DNA of 64,000 bases from positions 416,001-480,000 of the forward strand of contig CAVYVF010000023.1 in assembly GCA_963771885.1 (NCBI GenBank), written 5' to 3'. Below are positions 59,830 to 64,000 of this stretch, in pieces. A program made the position numbers and the translations under genes. The notes under the pieces are model-generated. The model was not told the DNA's origin. It saw nothing but the letters and a program-made list of their open reading frames with translations, and searched no databases. Each line of letters opens with the position of its first letter. Position 1 is the first letter of the stretch. Source of the stretch: Candidatus Bathyarchaeota archaeon. Its GTDB lineage: Archaea; Thermoproteota; Bathyarchaeia; TCS64.

Positions 59830-61578
59830 TTGGACAACCGCCGTAGGCTCATGGACGTAGCCCTCGGGAAGACCCACCCCGACACCATCATAACAAATGG
59901 AGTCCTCATCGACGTCTCTACGAGGAGGCTCGTCGAAGGCGTCAACATCTCGATAAGCGGAGGAAGAATCGCATCCATATCGAAGGAGAGGCAGAGGGCG
60001 GGTCCCAGCACCAAAATCATCGACGCCGGCGGCACCTACCTCGCCCCCGGGCTCGTCGACGCCCACTACCACATCGAGAGCAGCCGCCTAACCCCCCGCC
60101 GCCACGCACAGATCACCCTCCCACACGGAACAACAACACTATTCGAGGGTAGCCACGAGATATGCAACCCCCTCGGGCTCGACGGCGTCAGGTACATCCT
60201 CGATGAGGCGGAGGGACTCCCCCAGAAGATATTCGTCGGGCTAAGCTCCGCCACGCCCCCGACCCCTTTCGAGACTGCGGGCGCATACATCGGGGGCAAG
60301 GAAGCGGAGCAGGCGCTCAAGCTACCGGGGGTAGCGGGCGTAGACGAGGTCATGGACTACACCGCCCTCTTCAACGGGGAAGCGCGCCTACACGAGGTCA
60401 TAGAAGCGGGTCTTGCCTCCGGCAAAGTTGTCGAGGGACACGGCGTCCCCCCACCGCCTCAGGCTGATGCCTTCCTCGCAACCGGAGTCTCCTCAACACA
60501 CTTCAGCGGAGACGGAGCAAAAGCAATCGCTCTACTCGAGCGCGGCTGCTTCCTCGAGCTCAAGCCACGCGACGCGCGCCAGGCTATACGGGAACTCGTC
60601 GCCGCCGGGATAGACTGGCAGATGGTCGGCATGTGCGTCGACGACCGCCCCGCCGAGAGAATAAGCCAGCTCGGTCACCTCGACTACGAGTTGAGAATAT
60701 GCATCGAAGAGGGCCTTGACCCCATCATAGCGATACAACTGGCGACGTTGAACAACGCCCGTCACTGGCGGAAAGAACACGAGGTTGGCATCATTGCACC
60801 CGGGCGACACGCCGATATCCTCTTCCTGAGGAATCTCACCGCCTTCGAGATCGATAAAGTGATGGCTGAAGGAGTGATCGTTGCTGAGGGTGGTAGGCTG
60901 ACCGCGGACATACCGATACGTCCTGCCCCCGCATACGTGCTCAACTCGATCAAGCTCACCAAGCCCATGGTAGCGAAAGACTTCGAGGTGAAGACGGCGA
61001 AAGATGTGACGAAGGTCAGCGCCGCTGTGCTCCGCCCATTCTACTATAGTGCTGACCTCCCGCCGATTACGCGTGAACTCCTCGTAAAAGACGGGCTCGT
61101 CCAACGCGACCTCGCCAACGAAGTAAACAAAGTCGCCATCGTGCGTCGCGATGGGGGAGGCGTCGGCATAAGCTTCTGGGAACTCGGCTACCAACACGGC
61201 GCAGTAGCCATGAGCGTACTCCATGACACCCACAACATAAGCGTCGTCGGCGCCACAGACTCAGACATGGCGGCCGCCGTGAACCGCGTCGCCGAAATAG
61301 GCGGTGGAATAGTCGTCGTCAGGGACGGCGTTGTAAAGGCGGAGGTGGCCCTACCCATCGCAGGGCTCATGACTGATAGACCTCTGCCCGAGGTCATCGC
61401 AGGCCTCGACAAGATTAACGAGGAGGCGGCGAAGTTGCGCCCTGGAAAACTACTCGGCTCCAACCCCGTGGACACACAGACCTTCATCTTTCTCACCTGC
61501 TTCCCCTGGGGGATAGTTCTGACCGACCGCGGGCTCGTGAATGTGAGAAGTGGCGAGGCTGTCCCCGCCGTCTGGTGA
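59830..61578 (+). CDS. ade: Adenine deaminase (Ade, amidohydrolase superfamily)
   Basis: PGLVDAHYHIESS, HEICN..G.DG, EVMD, EGH, HDTHN, LPIAGLM; TTG at 59830. Confidence 0.88.
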   Translation: MDNRRRLMDVALGKTHPDTIITNGVLIDVSTRRLVEGVNISISGGRIASISKERQRAGPSTKIIDAGGTYLAPGLVDAHYHIESSRLTPRRHAQITLPHGTTTLFEGSHEICNPLGLDGVRYILDEAEGLPQKIFVGLSSATPPTPFETAGAYIGGKEAEQALKLPGVAGVDEVMDYTALFNGEARLHEVIEAGLASGKVVEGHGVPPPPQADAFLATGVSSTHFSGDGAKAIALLERGCFLELKPRDARQAIRELVAAGIDWQMVGMCVDDRPAERISQLGHLDYELRICIEEGLDPIIAIQLATLNNARHWRKEHEVGIIAPGRHADILFLRNLTAFEIDKVMAEGVIVAEGGRLTADIPIRPAPAYVLNSIKLTKPMVAKDFEVKTAKDVTKVSAAVLRPFYYSADLPPITRELLVKDGLVQRDLANEVNKVAIVRRDGGGVGISFWELGYQHGAVAMSVLHDTHNISVVGATDSDMAAAVNRVAEIGGGIVVVRDGVVKAEVALPIAGLMTDRPLPEVIAGLDKINEEAAKLRPGKLLGSNPVDTQTFIFLTCFPWGIVLTDRGLVNVRSGEAVPAVW

Positions 61579-61617
61579 CCGCAAACTAATTCACCCGGTT
61601 ACTCCATAGACGCGTGT

Positions 61618-62074
61618 ATGTTGTCTAAGGAAGAGACCCTCAACTTAGCCCAGTCATACGCAGACCAGCACTTCCTCTGCTCCGAGTCCTGCCTTCTAGC
61701 GCTAGCTAAGGCTCAGGGTGTCGAAAGTTCACTCATTCCCCGCATCGCCACAGGCTTCGGTGCAGGAATTGGTAGAAGCGGAGAGACCTGCGGCGCCGTC
61801 ACAGGGGCTGTCCTCGGTCTCGGTATCAAATACGGGCGTGACAAGGTTGAGCCGATCCAAAGATCGGCGCCCATACTGGTATGCAACGGAGTTCCTCGAG
61901 CGATTCAAGCGGGAGCACGGGGAGCTCACCTGCCCCGCCCTGTTGGAACTCGACATAGCCAAACCTGCAGATTATGAGGAGTATAACCGGAGGAACCTCT
62001 GGGTCCACAAGTGTACGAAGTATATCCTCGGGGCTACAGGAATCGCGTGGGATATTCTGAATGAAGAGAAGTGA
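61618..62074 (+). CDS. C-GCAxxG-C-C family putative redox protein, frameshift at ~61855
   Basis: CSESCL, GFGAGIG..GETCGAVTG, G.LTC..LL, KC. Confidence 0.85.
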
Positions 62075-62077
62075 CTC

Positions 62078-63250
62078 TCAACTCTTGTAGCCGAGGAGAT
62101 CTAGCGTCGACTTCGTCAACACCCGCGTTGTAGGTAGTAGTGAATCAATGTCCACCCACTCATTCGCCTCACACGTGTTTCCCCCTGTGGGGCCGCATAT
62201 TAGAGTCGGGACGCCGCCGTGGCCGGCGATATGGTTCGTGTCCGCCACGCTCCTCGCGAGCACGTGCTTGACGCACCAGCCTGTCTCCTCGGCTAGGTTT
62301 CTCGTGACAGTTTTAACCAGTTTTGAGTCTTTTGGTACTATGAAGCTGGGAGGCGCGGGTGTCGGGCGTTCGTCCCACTTCAACTCGTAGCTCCCCTCTA
62401 TACCCGCAGCGTCTACGATTGACTTGATCTGCTCTGCAGCCCAGTTAGCGGTCTGTCCCGGGAGAACGTGTCTATCGATCCATAGCTCTGCGGTCTCTGG
62501 GACATAGATCATCGTTCCGCCGCCGCGTAGACCAATAATGCATAGGCTTCCTCCGAGGTCGAACTCCTCGTTGTGTCCTAACTCAGCCTTCCCAAGACTC
62601 GCCAGCGCAACCGCCGCCTTCGACGCGTCCACGACGGCGTTTACACCCTTGTCGTAGGCGGCGCTTACCGATTCGCCGTGGAAGGTGAGGTGGAAGACGT
62701 GTCTGCCACGCTCTCCGATTGTCAGTGTCTCAGCAGCTGAAGGCTCGGGCACTATGCAGTAGTCGCAGCCCTTCAAGTAGCCCCCGTTTATGAGGGCGTG
62801 TGCGCCGCGGCTCCAGTTCTCTTCGTCCGATGTCCCCGAAACTATTAGCTTACCCCCGAGCTTCACGCCGGACTCCACGATTGCCTCAACAGCAGCAATC
62901 AGGCAGGCACCGCCCCCCTTCATATCGTGAGCACCGAGCCCGTATATCCTCCCATTCTTGACCACCGGATTGAATGGCTCGGTGTCCCAGCCCCTGAAGG
63001 CGTCGAATGTGTCCATGTGGAAGTTCAGCATCATTGAAGAGCCAGTGCGTGGGCCGTCGAGCCACCCGACGATGGTGTCCCCCGACTCCTCGACGGGGAG
63101 CCTCTTCACATTCAGCCCTAGTAACCTGAGCTTGTCATAGGTCCAATCACTCATCGCGCCTTCCTTGTTCGTGGTCGAGGGAATAGCGACCATCTCCTTG
63201 ACAAGCTCGACGACTCTTTCCTTCCTAAGCAGACTCAGCGGATCGGTCAT
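62078..63250 (-). CDS. M20 family metallopeptidase
   Basis: HMDT, GLGAHDMKGG, DEE, EP, IDRH. Confidence 0.9.
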   Translation of the reverse strand: MTDPLSLLRKERVVELVKEMVAIPSTTNKEGAMSDWTYDKLRLLGLNVKRLPVEESGDTIVGWLDGPRTGSSMMLNFHMDTFDAFRGWDTEPFNPVVKNGRIYGLGAHDMKGGGACLIAAVEAIVESGVKLGGKLIVSGTSDEENWSRGAHALINGGYLKGCDYCIVPEPSAAETLTIGERGRHVFHLTFHGESVSAAYDKGVNAVVDASKAAVALASLGKAELGHNEEFDLGGSLCIIGLRGGGTMIYVPETAELWIDRHVLPGQTANWAAEQIKSIVDAAGIEGSYELKWDERPTPAPPSFIVPKDSKLVKTVTRNLAEETGWCVKHVLARSVADTNHIAGHGGVPTLICGPTGGNTCEANEWVDIDSLLPTTRVLTKSTLDLLGYKS

Positions 63251-63342
63251 TGGATGTACCTAGACGGATCACCCCCCTATACCAGTGAAAAGACTTGGGA
63301 ATCAGAAACCTTGAAACCCTCCTCTACCCAAGTGATAATTGC

Positions 63343-63493
63343 ATGAAGGGAGAAAGGGAGAGCCACGTTTGTCCCCGCCGTCGTCGCGGTCGCAGGCGTC
63401 GTAGCCTTCACCATCCTTGTCTACCTGCTCCTCACCGGGGCAGACTGGCTACTCAAACGTCTGCTCGGCTCGAACGTGGGTACGCCGTTCTGA
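63343..63493 (+). CDS. Small single-TM membrane protein (needs one extra G removed near 63349)
   Basis: MKEKGRATFVPAVVAVAGVVAFTILVYLLLTGADWLLKRLLGSNVGTPF-stop. Confidence 0.45.
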
Positions 63494-63527
63494 TAGCCGT
63501 TTTAAGCCCCGAGGGCAACCATCTTCC

Positions 63528-64000
63528 ATGAGACTCGAAAATCAGATCGCCCTCGTATTCGGGGGAGGCAGGGGGCTCGGCAGGGCGACGGCTCTTGTCT
63601 TCGCCGCGGAAGGTGCTGACATCGCCGTTGCAGCCCGTACAAAGAAGGAGATTGACGCTGTCGCCAAAGAAGTGCAGAAACTCGGCAGACGCGCCATAGC
63701 CATCAGAGCTGACGCAACCAAGCCACAAGAAGTTCAGAACGCTGTAGACAAGACGATAGAATCCTATGGCAAGATAGACGTACTCATCAACAGCCAGGGC
63801 GACTGGCTTATCAAGCCCACACTCAAGACCACGGAGGATGACTGGAACCACATAATCGACACCAACCTCAAGTCCGTCTACCTGACCTGCAAGGCGGTCC
63901 TTCCGCACATGATCACCCAAAAGAGTGGGCATATCTTCAACATAGGCTCCGCCTCAGGCCTTTGGTACCCCGGAGGAGGCATCATAACCATCTACAAGGC
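63528..64000 (+). CDS. SDR family oxidoreductase, truncated by window end
   Basis: MRLENQIALVFGGGRGLGRA...IDVLINS...NIGS. Confidence 0.88.
   Translation, partial: MRLENQIALVFGGGRGLGRATALVFAAEGADIAVAARTKKEIDAVAKEVQKLGRRAIAIRADATKPQEVQNAVDKTIESYGKIDVLINSQGDWLIKPTLKTTEDDWNHIIDTNLKSVYLTCKAVLPHMITQKSGHIFNIGSASGLWYPGGGIITIYK

Noticed and set aside
59083..61578. 831-aa ferredoxin reductase-adenine deaminase fusion in the ORF track
   Set aside because: The reductase's true C-terminus (YYICGPPPM...WW-stop 59779) is in another frame after an extra A at 59641, and the apparent linker is out-of-frame sequence. These are two genes.

Overview
A GC-rich, gene-dense archaeal chromosome segment. The archaeal assignment rests on TATA boxes about 25-30 nt before gene starts, an archaeal RNase P RNA, XPD helicase and archaeal-type GlyA/PGK/AOR; a Bathyarchaeia-like origin is inferred, not shown. 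It holds about 60 CDS covering peptide/amino-acid catabolism, redox, nucleotide biosynthesis (pyrI-pyrE fusion, guaB, split purH), transport and glycosylation, plus tRNA-Pro(TGG), tRNA-Cys(GCA) and rnpB. The strongest novel candidate is a 48-bp near-perfect direct repeat of the 3' end of the RNase P RNA gene (39933-39980 and 42779-42826). It brackets a lower-GC cassette (membrane protein plus m5C RNA methyltransferase) and is followed by a very AT-rich two-glycosyltransferase island, suggesting integration at rnpB. Other points of interest: a GNAT-SSB/OB-fold fusion; a PyrI-PyrE fusion; two metal-ligand-less M24 paralogues with an aspartoacylase-like partner; a Tat-less reductive dehalogenase-like gene; twin GNAT-like paralogues around a GDPD; and a repeat-rich relic after tRNA-Cys. 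About a dozen genes carry single-base frameshifts, most reading as a codon followed by an alternative synonymous third base. These are most likely consensus artefacts, so the genes are treated as intact.
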